DNA of 64,000 nucleotides from an uncultured Acidobacteriota bacterium (GCA_964511835.1 CAZEII010000012.1:17569-81568); one strand, 5' to 3'; counted from the first letter of the stretch, positions 29,580 to 38,184 are shown. Notes: generated by a model from the letters alone, not told the origin. Program-made: numbers and translations.

Positions 29580-30295
29580 AGGAGCTGCTGCCCGCCGTCG
29601 ATATCGTACGTCGCCCCCGTGAGGGCCGTGTTGCTCATGATGTGCACGGCGAGCGCGGCCACGTCGGCGGGTCCGACGACGCGACGGATCGGGAGCGTGG
29701 CGCGGAGTTGACTGCGTCGGTCTTCGAGCGCATCGCCGAGGAGCGATGCCGAGAGCGGCGTGTCGACGAAGCCTGCGGCGATGAGGTTGACGCGCACGGG
29801 CGCCAGCTCCACCGCCAGGCTGGCGACCAGAGCGGGGAGCGCGGCGGTGACCGCCGCGAGGATCGAGAGGCCGACGCCCGGGCGTCGGCCTCCGGTTCCA
29901 CCCATGAAGAGAAGCGTCCCTCCCGGTCTCACTTTGCCGCTCGCATGCCGGGCCACCCGGATCGCCAGCAAGAGGTGCTCGTCAAGGGCGCTGCGCGCCT
30001 GCGCCAAGTCCATGTCGATGAGTCGGGCGTAGTACGGCCCGCCGGCCGTGACCATCACGTGGTCGATCGGGTTCGGTAGGCCTTCGAAAAACCGATCGAG
30101 AGCAGCAGCGTCCGTGGCGTCGAAGGCCGCCGAGCTCGTCGCGCCGAGCTCGCTCGCGGCCCGCCTCAAACGGTCGGGGTTCCGGGCGGTGAGGATCACG
30201 CCGGCTCCCTCGGCGCGCGCTCGGCGGGCCGTTTCGAGCCCGATCCCGGCGCTGCCGCCGATCACGACCACGGTTTGTCCGAGCAACCCGCTCAT
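29576..30295 (-). CDS. SDR family oxidoreductase
   Basis: IGGSAGIG, VRVNLIAAGFVDTP, TGATYDIDGG. Confidence 0.92.
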   Translation of the reverse strand: MSGLLGQTVVVIGGSAGIGLETARRARAEGAGVILTARNPDRLRRAASELGATSSAAFDATDAAALDRFFEGLPNPIDHVMVTAGGPYYARLIDMDLAQARSALDEHLLLAIRVARHASGKVRPGGTLLFMGGTGGRRPGVGLSILAAVTAALPALVASLAVELAPVRVNLIAAGFVDTPLSASLLGDALEDRRSQLRATLPIRRVVGPADVAALAVHIMSNTALTGATYDIDGGQQLL

Positions 30296-30314
30296 GTTGG
30301 CTCCTACGATCGGA

Positions 30315-30911
30315 TCAGTCCTGCTCCGCGAGCTCCTGAGCTCGTGTCTTCCCGTACGGATAGAAACCGGCCTTGTCGCCCTTTTCCCAGGCTGCTCGCT
30401 GCTCCGCGCTGCCGATGTCCCAATCGGGGCGGCAGCGCGACAGCATGGCGCGGAGGTCGAGGCGAAGCTCCTCGACCGTCGGTCGGCCGAAGAACCAGTA
30501 CCCGTTGTAGACCCTGTGGATGCGCAGCCCGGGCTCGAGCACCAGCGTGTGCGGGATCATCGGATTGTGCTGTGGGTCGGTGTACTCCGCGATGTCGAGG
30601 TCCTTTTGTACCTTGCGCCCGGGGTCCGCGAGGAACGTCCAGGGTGCGCCGACGCCGTTGCGGAACTCGTTCGTCTCCACCAGGTTGTCGGTCGAAAGAG
30701 TCACGAGCCGGCAGTAGCCGACCTGCATCTCGCGATAGAGCTGCAAAAGCCCTTCGTGTTGTCTCCGGTCCTTCGGACAGTAGCCCCCGCGGGCGAGCAC
30801 CAGCACCAGCGGATCGCGTTCCTGCAGCTCCGAAAGTTTGCGATGCCTGCCTCGGTGGTCGGATAGCTCGTAGTCCGGAAAGACCGCGCCGGGAACGATG
30901 TCGGCCCTCAA
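30315..30911 (-). CDS. Peroxiredoxin-like redoxin (AhpC/TSA fold)
   Basis: PGAVFPDYELSDH, LARGGYCPKD, TLSTD, FLADP, PHTLVL; TTG start overlaps the upstream stop. Confidence 0.85.
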   Translation of the reverse strand: MRADIVPGAVFPDYELSDHRGRHRKLSELQERDPLVLVLARGGYCPKDRRQHEGLLQLYREMQVGYCRLVTLSTDNLVETNEFRNGVGAPWTFLADPGRKVQKDLDIAEYTDPQHNPMIPHTLVLEPGLRIHRVYNGYWFFGRPTVEELRLDLRAMLSRCRPDWDIGSAEQRAAWEKGDKAGFYPYGKTRAQELAEQD

Positions 30912-31096
30912 CGCCGGTCCCCTTCGATATGACGCGTGGCATCCTTCACGGCCTCGTCGGGACTTCTGCCGCCGTCGCGCGCGAGGACGTAGGCGGCGTA
31001 CCACCCGGACCAGTGGTGCTTCGGGGCGGTCGGTTCGTATTGGCCGTGATGGATCTCCGCCTCTCGCAGCAGCTCCGTCAGAGTCGCCAGGTTCAT
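30908..31096 (-). CDS. Small protein resembling the C-terminal helical extension of some glyoxalases
   Basis: LLREAEIHHGQYE...HWSGWYAAYV; GGACG RBS-like site; TTGA coupling to the downstream gene. Confidence 0.7.
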   Translation of the reverse strand: MNLATLTELLREAEIHHGQYEPTAPKHHWSGWYAAYVLARDGGRSPDEAVKDATRHIEGDRR

Positions 31097-31122
31097 GGCT
31101 CGTCCCCCGTCCGCCGGTTCGC

Positions 31123-31560
31123 TCACACGCGTCCGGGGAGCCGCGTCTTGATTTCCTGGAGCAACCAGCCGTTGCCGTCCGGATCTTTGAACGTAGCGAG
31201 CGTACTGTAGGAGCGACCCTCCGGATCGGGGCCCGGTACCGGTGATCCTCCGAAGCCGGTGAAATGGAACGTGTCGCTCACGTCGGCGCCGCGGCGTTTG
31301 AGATCGGCACGCGCCGCCTCGATGTCGTTCACCACGAGGTACAGGTTCTGGACCGAGCCCGGCGCCGCCGCCGTGACTCGCTTCCCGAAGTGAATGGAGC
31401 ATGACGAACCGGGAGGCGTGAACTGGATCACCCGAAAATCGTTCTCTCCTGGGAAGTCGGCGTCCAGCCGCCACCCCAGCCCCTCGTAGAAGCGTTTGGC
31501 ACGATCGACATCGGACACGGGAATCACGACGACCTCGAGCTTCATTTCGACTTTGCTCAT
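31123..31560 (-). CDS. VOC/glyoxalase family protein
   Basis: LEVVVIPVSDVDRAKRFY, QFTPPGSSCSIHFG, FKDPDGNGWLLQE. Confidence 0.93.
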   Translation of the reverse strand: MSKVEMKLEVVVIPVSDVDRAKRFYEGLGWRLDADFPGENDFRVIQFTPPGSSCSIHFGKRVTAAAPGSVQNLYLVVNDIEAARADLKRRGADVSDTFHFTGFGGSPVPGPDPEGRSYSTLATFKDPDGNGWLLQEIKTRLPGRV

Positions 31561-32951
31561 CGCGGCCTCCGTGGGTGGCTGGCGAGCTCCTCTAGGCTTG
31601 CCCCCAGCACCCGGTTGAAAGCTGGGAAAGGGTGGATGACGTCGGCGAGCGTCGTGAGCGGCGTGCCCAGCTTGATCGCCAGGACGAGCTCGCCCAGGAT
31701 CTCACCCGCCCGCGGGGTGACCAGCGTCGCTCCGATCAGCACCCCGCGCTCGCGGTCGGCGACCAGCTTGAGCGCGCCGCCGTGAAAGTCGTGGATGTAC
31801 CCTCGCGCGGTCTCGGCCGGATCGGCGCCGGCGACGACGACGTCGATGCCTCGCGAGCGCGCGGCAGCCTCGGACAGGCCGACGGATGCGATTTCGGGAT
31901 CGGTGAACGTCACGCGAGGGACCGCCGAGTGATCGGCCGTCGCATCCTCGCCTCGCAGCCGGCGCGCCACGACCTGTCCGTGGTAGTAGGCGAGGTGGGT
32001 GAAGCCGCCGAGCCCGGTGACGTCGCCTGCTCCGAAGATGCCGGGCTGCGCCTCGAGCGTCGCGGGGTTCACCTTCAGCCAGCCGCGCTCCGTTTGTGCG
32101 ATCCCGAGTCCGCCCCAAGCCTCGACGTTGGCGTGGCGGCCCGTGGCCACGAGCAGCCGGTCGGCCGAGACCACGGCTCCCGACTTCAGATGAGCGGCAA
32201 CCGCGGAGCGCCTAGGCGAAGCCTCCACGGATCGGTTCTCGACGGCGACGCACGGGTCGCCGATGATCAGCGTGATGCCATCCGCTTCGAGGTGCGGCCG
32301 GAGCGCGGCTCCGGCTTCCGGCTCCTCGAGGCCGAGGAACTTCGATCCGGCTTCGATCACCGTGACCTTGGAGCCGAGGCGGGCGAATGCCTGACCCAGC
32401 TCGACGCCGATGGCGCCGCCGCCGAGTATGGCGAGCGACGCCGGCAGCTCCCTCGGAATCGCCGCCTGGCGGTTGGTCCAGAACTCGACGGTATCCAGGC
32501 CCGGGATCGCCGGAATCACGGCGGTGCTGCCGTTCGCGATCACCACGGCGCGGCGGGCTGTGAGTCGCTCGCCTGCGACCTCGATGGTGCGCAGGTCCGT
32601 CAGCTTGCCTTCGCCTCGAAAGAGCTTGGCGCCGGTCGCCACCATGGCGGCGGCAGGCCGGCTGTCGTCCAGGTCGCGGGCCATCCATAGCACGCGCTTC
32701 GCGACCTTGGGAAAATCGACGGTCCATTCCACGCGCGAGGCGGCGACGCGACGGGCACGATCGGCCTCGGTCAACGTCTCCCCCGAGCGAAGCAAGGTCT
32801 TGGACGGGACGCAGCCCCAGTACGGGCATTCCCCGCCGACGAGATCTCGCTCGACGACCGCCAGGGTCAGGCCGCTGTCCTGAAGGCCGACCGCGATCGC
32901 TTCTCCGGCGACACCACCGCCGAGACAGACGACGTCGAACTCCTGGGCCAA
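31557..32951 (-). CDS. Class I pyridine nucleotide-disulfide oxidoreductase (DLDH/MerA-like, no MerA C-terminal CC)
   Basis: GGECPYWGCVPSK, ILGGGAIG, GAGDVTG, PRVTFTDPE, IHPFP; TTG start. Confidence 0.9.
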   Translation of the reverse strand: MAQEFDVVCLGGGVAGEAIAVGLQDSGLTLAVVERDLVGGECPYWGCVPSKTLLRSGETLTEADRARRVAASRVEWTVDFPKVAKRVLWMARDLDDSRPAAAMVATGAKLFRGEGKLTDLRTIEVAGERLTARRAVVIANGSTAVIPAIPGLDTVEFWTNRQAAIPRELPASLAILGGGAIGVELGQAFARLGSKVTVIEAGSKFLGLEEPEAGAALRPHLEADGITLIIGDPCVAVENRSVEASPRRSAVAAHLKSGAVVSADRLLVATGRHANVEAWGGLGIAQTERGWLKVNPATLEAQPGIFGAGDVTGLGGFTHLAYYHGQVVARRLRGEDATADHSAVPRVTFTDPEIASVGLSEAAARSRGIDVVVAGADPAETARGYIHDFHGGALKLVADRERGVLIGATLVTPRAGEILGELVLAIKLGTPLTTLADVIHPFPAFNRVLGASLEELASHPRRPR

Positions 32952-33121
32952 CTCCGGTACCTCTTGGTATCGGTTTCGACTTGCCTCCGTGCCGATACCA
33001 TCGTCTCATAGATCGGGCATCGCAGCTCTGATCCGATGTGACACGGGTAAGCGAATGCGCAAAATGAAAGCCCCAGGGCAGTGAGGCTTCGTTTCGCCGC
33101 GGCATACGCTCGTATGAGCAT
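32867..33121 (-). CDS. Putative small Cys-rich protein (84 aa) or frameshifted N-terminal extension of the reductase
   Basis: GAGAGGA RBS and ATG just after the rhodanese stop; FCAFAYPCHIGSELRCPIY; overlaps the reductase start out of frame. Confidence 0.35.
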   Translation of the reverse strand: MLIRAYAAAKRSLTALGLSFCAFAYPCHIGSELRCPIYETMVSARRQVETDTKRYRSWPRSSTSSVSAVVSPEKRSRSAFRTAA

Positions 33122-33135
33122 GCGGTCCTCTCGCC

Positions 33136-34077
33136 TCAAGCCTCACCGCTGCGCTCCACCGGATGCCCCGCGGCGGCCCAAGCATCGAGGCCTCCGGCGA
33201 GAGGCCGGACTCTCGTGAACCCCCTGGCGATGAGCAGGCGTGCCGCACGGGCCGCCGAGGCTTCGTTGGGTCACGTGCAATACAGGACGATCTCGCGCTC
33301 GAAGGAGACGCCCTCGAGCTCCGCGTCGAGCGGGTCCAGACTGAGGAGCCGCGAGCCCGGAATCGCCCGTCCGTCACGGAGACGTGCCGCCTCCGAGCGA
33401 ACGTCGAAGACTCCGGGCGGGTCGTCCGTCGCCAGTCGTGCTGCGAGCTCGTCGGGAGCGATCCTTCTCATCGCGAAGGCGCGCGTGAACCGTAGGCGCT
33501 CCCAGATGCGCCAGGCGACGTAGAGAACGAGCATGGCGAGCACGACCGTCGCCGCGCCCTTACCCATCGATTCCAGCACCGCGAGCGCGTCCTCGATCTG
33601 CCTCGACAGAAGGGCCCCCGCCAGCATCGCGCTCGCGGACCATAGAAGGGCGCCGATCGCGTCGAACAGGAGGAACGTCCGAACCCGCATGCCCGATGCC
33701 CCCGCCAGCGACGTCGAGACGGCGGACAGCCCCGGGACGAACTTCGCGATGAGGAGCGCGCGCGCGCCGAACCGCGTGAAGAGCGACTCCGTCTGCCTGA
33801 CGCACGCGTCGGGCGAGAGGGAGACCTTGCAAACGAGGCGAAGCGCCACGTCCCCATGCCGGCGTCCGACCGCAAACCAGATGGCGTCCGCGCCGACCGC
33901 CGCCAGCATGGCGACGAGCGCGGTGAGTCCCGCCGGCATCCCGCCGTCGCGGGCGACGGCGCCGGCGACGACGAGCGTCGGGACGGCCGGAATCGGCAGC
34001 CCCAGCTGGTCGACGAAGACGTTCAGGGCGACGAACGAAACCCCGTGGGCGGCGATGAGCTGGACCGGAGTGCGCAT
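33136..34077 (-). CDS. DedA/VTT-rhodanese fusion, putative selenoprotein (in-frame TGA at 33271-33273)
   Basis: DedA motifs (GLPIPA, AKFVPGLS, FLLFDAIGALLW). The rhodanese domain continues past TGA: IVLYCT*PNEASAARAARLLIARGFTRVRPLAGGLDAW; next stop at 33136-33138. Confidence 0.85.
33237..33256 (-). promoter_or_regulatory. Candidate bacterial SECIS hairpin
   Basis: mRNA GGCG-GCC[CGUGC]GGC-A-CGCC: 7 GC pairs and one bulge; loop 21 nt after UGA with G at loop position 2. Confidence 0.6.
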
Positions 34078-34157
34078 CTTTCTCCTCCCGCGAGTCGGGC
34101 GACGATTGTGTCACGGCATCCGGGAGAGTTTGGGGTAACCTCAAGCAGGGCACGAAC

Positions 34158-34463
34158 GTGACTTGGATCCGCGTCTTGGACGATCGAGAGCTTCCGGAAG
34201 GGAGCATGACGCCGGTGTATCCCCTCGGAATCCACCTTGTTCTCGCCCGTGTGGGCGGTGCCGTCTTTGCCGTAGCGGGGAAGTGCGCTCACATGGCGTG
34301 TCCCCTGTCCGGGGGGACCCTCGATGGCTACATCCTCAAGTGTGGCTGCCACGACTGGCGGTTCGATGTCAGGACGGGGCGGTTCGTCGACGCTCCGGAG
34401 CTGGGCATTGCGGTCTACCCGACCAAGTCCGAGTCGGGGAACCTCTACGTCGGCATGGGATGA
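34158..34463 (+). CDS. Rieske (2Fe-2S) ferredoxin
   Basis: CAH...CGCH ligand motifs, FDVRTG. Confidence 0.92.
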   Translation: MTWIRVLDDRELPEGSMTPVYPLGIHLVLARVGGAVFAVAGKCAHMACPLSGGTLDGYILKCGCHDWRFDVRTGRFVDAPELGIAVYPTKSESGNLYVGMG

Positions 34464-34475
34464 CTGGAGATCATC

Positions 34476-34721
34476 ATGAAGAAGGTATCGATGTACACGC
34501 TTTCCACCTGTCCTTGGTGCCGAAAGGCGAAGAATTACTTCAAAGAGCACAACGTCCCGTTCGAGTTCATCGACTACGACTTGGCCGACCAGGCCACGCA
34601 GGACCGGATCATGCGAGAGCTCGACAAAGAGGGAGTCAGCGGCTTTCCGTACGTGCGCATCGGAGAGACCGGCGTCGAGGGGTACCAGCCGGCACGTTAT
34701 GCCGAGCTCCTCGGCCTCTAG
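34476..34721 (+). CDS. Glutaredoxin/NrdH-like protein
   Basis: YTLSTCPWC, FIDYD, GFPYVRIG. Confidence 0.93.
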   Translation: MKKVSMYTLSTCPWCRKAKNYFKEHNVPFEFIDYDLADQATQDRIMRELDKEGVSGFPYVRIGETGVEGYQPARYAELLGL

Positions 34722-34730
34722 AGAAGAGCG

Positions 34731-35066
34731 ATGGACGCTGAATCGAGAAAACGGGCGCTGCGGCAGTTCTACGGGAAGGTCGTCAAGCCTCTGGGGTTCA
34801 AGTTCACTCCGGACTCCGATCTCTCCGAATTCCTCCTCGATCAAGAGGTCAAGCTCGAAGAGAAGCATGGTGTGCCGTTTTGTCCGTGCCGGCCCATCCG
34901 TCGGGACAGAGCCCGCGACATGCAGATCGTCTGCCCCAGCATCCCCTTTCACCGCGCGCACTTCGATGCCATGAAGCGATGCTGGTGCGGGCTTTTCGTC
35001 CACGAGGACGTCACCGACCCGGACAGCCTGCCGCAGGTGCCTGCGAAGGAGCTGGGCATTGAGTGA
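34731..35066 (+). CDS. Ferredoxin-thioredoxin reductase catalytic-subunit-like protein (atypical CPS motif)
   Basis: HGVPFCPCRP...VCPSIPF...RCWCGLFV. Confidence 0.85.
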   Translation: MDAESRKRALRQFYGKVVKPLGFKFTPDSDLSEFLLDQEVKLEEKHGVPFCPCRPIRRDRARDMQIVCPSIPFHRAHFDAMKRCWCGLFVHEDVTDPDSLPQVPAKELGIE

Positions 35067-35469
35067 CGAGTTCGTCCGCGGCATCCGCGCCGACGAGGTC
35101 GCTCCGGGAGGCATGAAGGCGATCGAGCTCAATGGCCGCGAGATCGTGGTGTGCAACGTCGACGGAACGTACTACGCGATCGATCGGCGCTGCGGACACA
35201 TGAGCGCGCCGCTCGAAAAGGGGACTCTGGACGGGACCATCGTCACGTGCGCCTTTCACAGCGCCCAGTTCGACGTCGCGACGGGCGAGGTGCTGGGACC
35301 TCCGGTCATGCCGTACGTGGACGAAGTGCCGCCGCCGCGGATCGCCGCGCTCCTGCAGACTTCGGGGGCGCTGATGCAGCACATCCGGACGGGTCCGATC
35401 GGTACGTACGAGGTCAAGGTCGACTCGGAGTGGGTGCTCGTGGCGCTCGAGCGGCGGAAAGATCGATGA
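35059..35469 (+). CDS. Rieske (2Fe-2S) ferredoxin with C-terminal insertion
   Basis: RRCGHM...TCAFH, FDVATG; TTG start overlaps the FTR stop. Confidence 0.88.
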   Translation: MSDEFVRGIRADEVAPGGMKAIELNGREIVVCNVDGTYYAIDRRCGHMSAPLEKGTLDGTIVTCAFHSAQFDVATGEVLGPPVMPYVDEVPPPRIAALLQTSGALMQHIRTGPIGTYEVKVDSEWVLVALERRKDR

Positions 35470-35591
35470 CGGAACCGTCTCGCTGGCTTGACGACGGCGA
35501 AGGGCGGTCCTAGACTCGATTCACCGCGCGAGGCATGTTGCCCGCGCGCTCGACCCGCCGGGCGCGATGGCCCTGGCGAGAGGAGGCTTCG

Positions 35592-36083
35592 ATGATCCCC
35601 AGAGTTCATCCCGCCGTTATCGTCTGGAATCGACAGGGCGAAGCGTGCCGCGCGAGCCATGCCGGCTGCGGCCCGGCCGCCTACGAAAGTGGCGCGAGCT
35701 GGTCGTGCTCGCCGGCCGATGCCGAGGATTTCGGCGCCGGCGGAGGTTTCGGCGTCCGGCGCCCGCTGCGCTTCCTGGCGTTCAAGCTGCAGCTCGACGA
35801 GGCGCAGCGCGCGAAGCTCGCTCATATCCTGAGCGAGCTGAAGACCGAGCGCGCGCAGGCGGCCGTCGACGACCGTCGGACGCTGGCGGCGTTCGCGGAC
35901 GCGATCTCGGCCGAATCGTTCGACGCCACGAAGGCCGGCTCCGGAGCGGCCCTTAGAAGCAAGAGCGCGGAGAAACTGGCGGGGTCCGTCGCCGCGGCGC
36001 TCGAGCGGATTCATGCGCTCTTGACGCCCGAGCAGCGCGAGCGTTTCGCCTACTTGATCCGCGCGGGGCAGATCGTTCTGTGA
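35592..36083 (+). CDS. Spy/CpxP-like helical protein
   Basis: AGGAGG RBS; KLQLDEAQRAKL and HALLTPEQRERF (LTxxQ motifs). Confidence 0.75.
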   Translation: MIPRVHPAVIVWNRQGEACRASHAGCGPAAYESGASWSCSPADAEDFGAGGGFGVRRPLRFLAFKLQLDEAQRAKLAHILSELKTERAQAAVDDRRTLAAFADAISAESFDATKAGSGAALRSKSAEKLAGSVAAALERIHALLTPEQRERFAYLIRAGQIVL

Positions 36084-37015
36084 GCTTGGCTCCCATGCCG
36101 TCGTCCGATGCCGAGCTTCTCGACGCGTACTCGACGTCGGTCGTCGCCGTCGCGGAGGCGGTCAGTCCGGTCGTCGTGAAGATCGACGCGCGAGGCGCGT
36201 CGGGCTCCGGATTGATCGTCGCCGCAGACGGGTTCGTCGTGACGAACGATCACGTCGTCGAGCGCGCGAACAAGCTCGAGATTACGCTCGCCGACGGTCG
36301 GACGGCATCCGGGGCCGTCGTGGGCCGCGACCCCGACACGGATCTCGCCGTTCTGCGCGTCGAGGGGGATGAGCTGGCCGCAGCGAAGCTCGGGGACTCC
36401 GCAGCTCTAAGAGTCGGACAGCTCGTCGTCGCCATCGGCAATCCTTACGGATTCCGGTGCACGGTGACGGCTGGAGTCGTCAGCGCCTTGGGCCGGTCGC
36501 TCCGCGCGCGCTCGGGGCGGCTCATCGACGACGTGATCCAGACCGACGCCGCTTTGAACGCCGGGAGCTCGGGCGGCCCGCTCGTCAACTCCCGCGGCGA
36601 GGTCGTCGGCGTCAACACCGCGATGATCCTGCCGGCGCACGGGCTCTGCTTCGCGATCGCGATCAACACGGCGAAGTGGGTGATCGGGAGGCTCCTCCGA
36701 GACGGTCGCGTGCGCCGGAGCTACCTGGGGATCGCGGGGCAGAACACCTCGCTCGACCGGCGAGTCGCTCGGCTTCACGGCCTGGAGGGAGAGACCGGAG
36801 TTTCGGTGCTGTCGACGGAACCGGGTGGACCCGCACAGAAAGCCGGTCTGCGCGAGGGGGACGTCGTGGTCCGGATCGACGGACACCGGGTCCGCGGGAT
36901 GGATGACCTTCAGCGCCTGCTGACCGACGAGGCTCCGTCAGCGTCGAGGACGATCACCGTGATCCGCGGCGTCGAGATCCTCGAACGTTCCGTCCATTCC
37001 GCCGTGCGGGGGTGA
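36080..37015 (+). CDS. S1C (HtrA/DegS-like) serine protease with PDZ domain
   Basis: VVTNDHVV, DTDLAVLRV, IQTDAALNAGSSGGPL, GPAQKAGLREGDVV. Confidence 0.93.
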   Translation: MSLAPMPSSDAELLDAYSTSVVAVAEAVSPVVVKIDARGASGSGLIVAADGFVVTNDHVVERANKLEITLADGRTASGAVVGRDPDTDLAVLRVEGDELAAAKLGDSAALRVGQLVVAIGNPYGFRCTVTAGVVSALGRSLRARSGRLIDDVIQTDAALNAGSSGGPLVNSRGEVVGVNTAMILPAHGLCFAIAINTAKWVIGRLLRDGRVRRSYLGIAGQNTSLDRRVARLHGLEGETGVSVLSTEPGGPAQKAGLREGDVVVRIDGHRVRGMDDLQRLLTDEAPSASRTITVIRGVEILERSVHSAVRG

Positions 37016-37047
37016 TCGGGGGGTCGGTCTCAAGGTAGACTCCGCGG

Positions 37048-38184
37048 ATGATGAACCAGCGGATTCTCATCCTCGGCGCCGGGTTCGCGGGGCTCGAGCT
37101 CTCGACCGCCTTGTCGGAGGCCTTCGGCGACGGCATCTCCGTCACGCTGATCGACAAGGCCGAGAGCTTCGTCTTCGGCTACGCGAAGCTGGACGTCATG
37201 TTCGGCCACAGGACGCTCGCCGATGTCGAGCTGCCCTATCGGTGCGTCGGCAAGCCGGGGGTGACGCTCAGGCGGGAGACGATCACGTCGATTGACCTGG
37301 CGTCACGCCGCGTCACGACCGACGCCGGCACGCACGAGGGCGACGTTCTCGTGATCGCTCTCGGCGCCGACTACGACGTCGCGAGCACGCCCGGCGTGGT
37401 GCTCGGCGAGAACGAGTTCTACTCGGTCCAGGGCGCGGCCCGCATGCGCGAGGCGCTGCCCGGCTTTCGCAAGGGGCACGCCGTCGTCGGAGTCTGTGGG
37501 GCGCCCTACAAATGCCCCCCCGCGCCGAGCGAGTGCGCGTTGATGCTCCACGATTATCTCGTCGGCCGCGGCGTGCGCGGGGACTGCACGATCACGCTCG
37601 TCAATCCGCTCCCGAGCCCCGTGCCGCCGTCCCCCGACACCTCGAAAGCGCTGATCGCGGCGTTCGCCGAGCGCGGGATCGAGTATCTCCCGAGCAAGCG
37701 GGTCGTTCGGGTGGATCGCGACCGCCGACTCGTCGTTCTCAATGAGGGGACCGAGATCCCCTGCGACCTGTTCCTCGGTGTGCCGAGGAACACGGCGCCC
37801 CCAGTGGTCGTGGCGACGGGAATGACGGAGGACGGGTGGGTGACGGTCGATCCGCACACGCTCGAGACGAAATACCCCGGCGTCTACGCCGTCGGCGATC
37901 TCGCCAACACGGGCGCGCCCAAAGCGGGGGTCTTCGCCGAGGGCACGGCGCGCACCGTCGCGGCGAATCTCATTGCGAAGCTGCGCGGGCAGGCGCAGAC
38001 GGCGAAGTATCCCGGCGCAGGATCTTGCTTCATCGAGTTCGGCGGCGGCCGCGTCGCGCGCGTCGACGTCGATTTCTTCTCGGGTCCCCGGCCGACCGGG
38101 AGCTACCACGAGCCGTCGGAGGCGCTGCGCGCCGACAAGCAGCAGTTCGGCGCCACGCGTCGCGCTCGGTGGTTCGGACGATAA
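37048..38184 (+). CDS. FAD-dependent oxidoreductase, sulfide:quinone oxidoreductase/FCSD-like
   Basis: LGAGFAG, YKCPPAPSE, VYAVGD, PKAGVFAE, SCFIEFG. Confidence 0.88.
   Translation: MMNQRILILGAGFAGLELSTALSEAFGDGISVTLIDKAESFVFGYAKLDVMFGHRTLADVELPYRCVGKPGVTLRRETITSIDLASRRVTTDAGTHEGDVLVIALGADYDVASTPGVVLGENEFYSVQGAARMREALPGFRKGHAVVGVCGAPYKCPPAPSECALMLHDYLVGRGVRGDCTITLVNPLPSPVPPSPDTSKALIAAFAERGIEYLPSKRVVRVDRDRRLVVLNEGTEIPCDLFLGVPRNTAPPVVVATGMTEDGWVTVDPHTLETKYPGVYAVGDLANTGAPKAGVFAEGTARTVAANLIAKLRGQAQTAKYPGAGSCFIEFGGGRVARVDVDFFSGPRPTGSYHEPSEALRADKQQFGATRRARWFGR

Noticed and set aside
30315-30911. Possible Sec in the redoxin, glutaredoxin or SQR-like genes
   Set aside because: Active-site codons are ordinary Cys codons and the frames are uninterrupted.
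31557-32951. Mercuric reductase (merA) call
   Set aside because: No C-terminal CC pair, no N-terminal HMA domain and no mer genes nearby.
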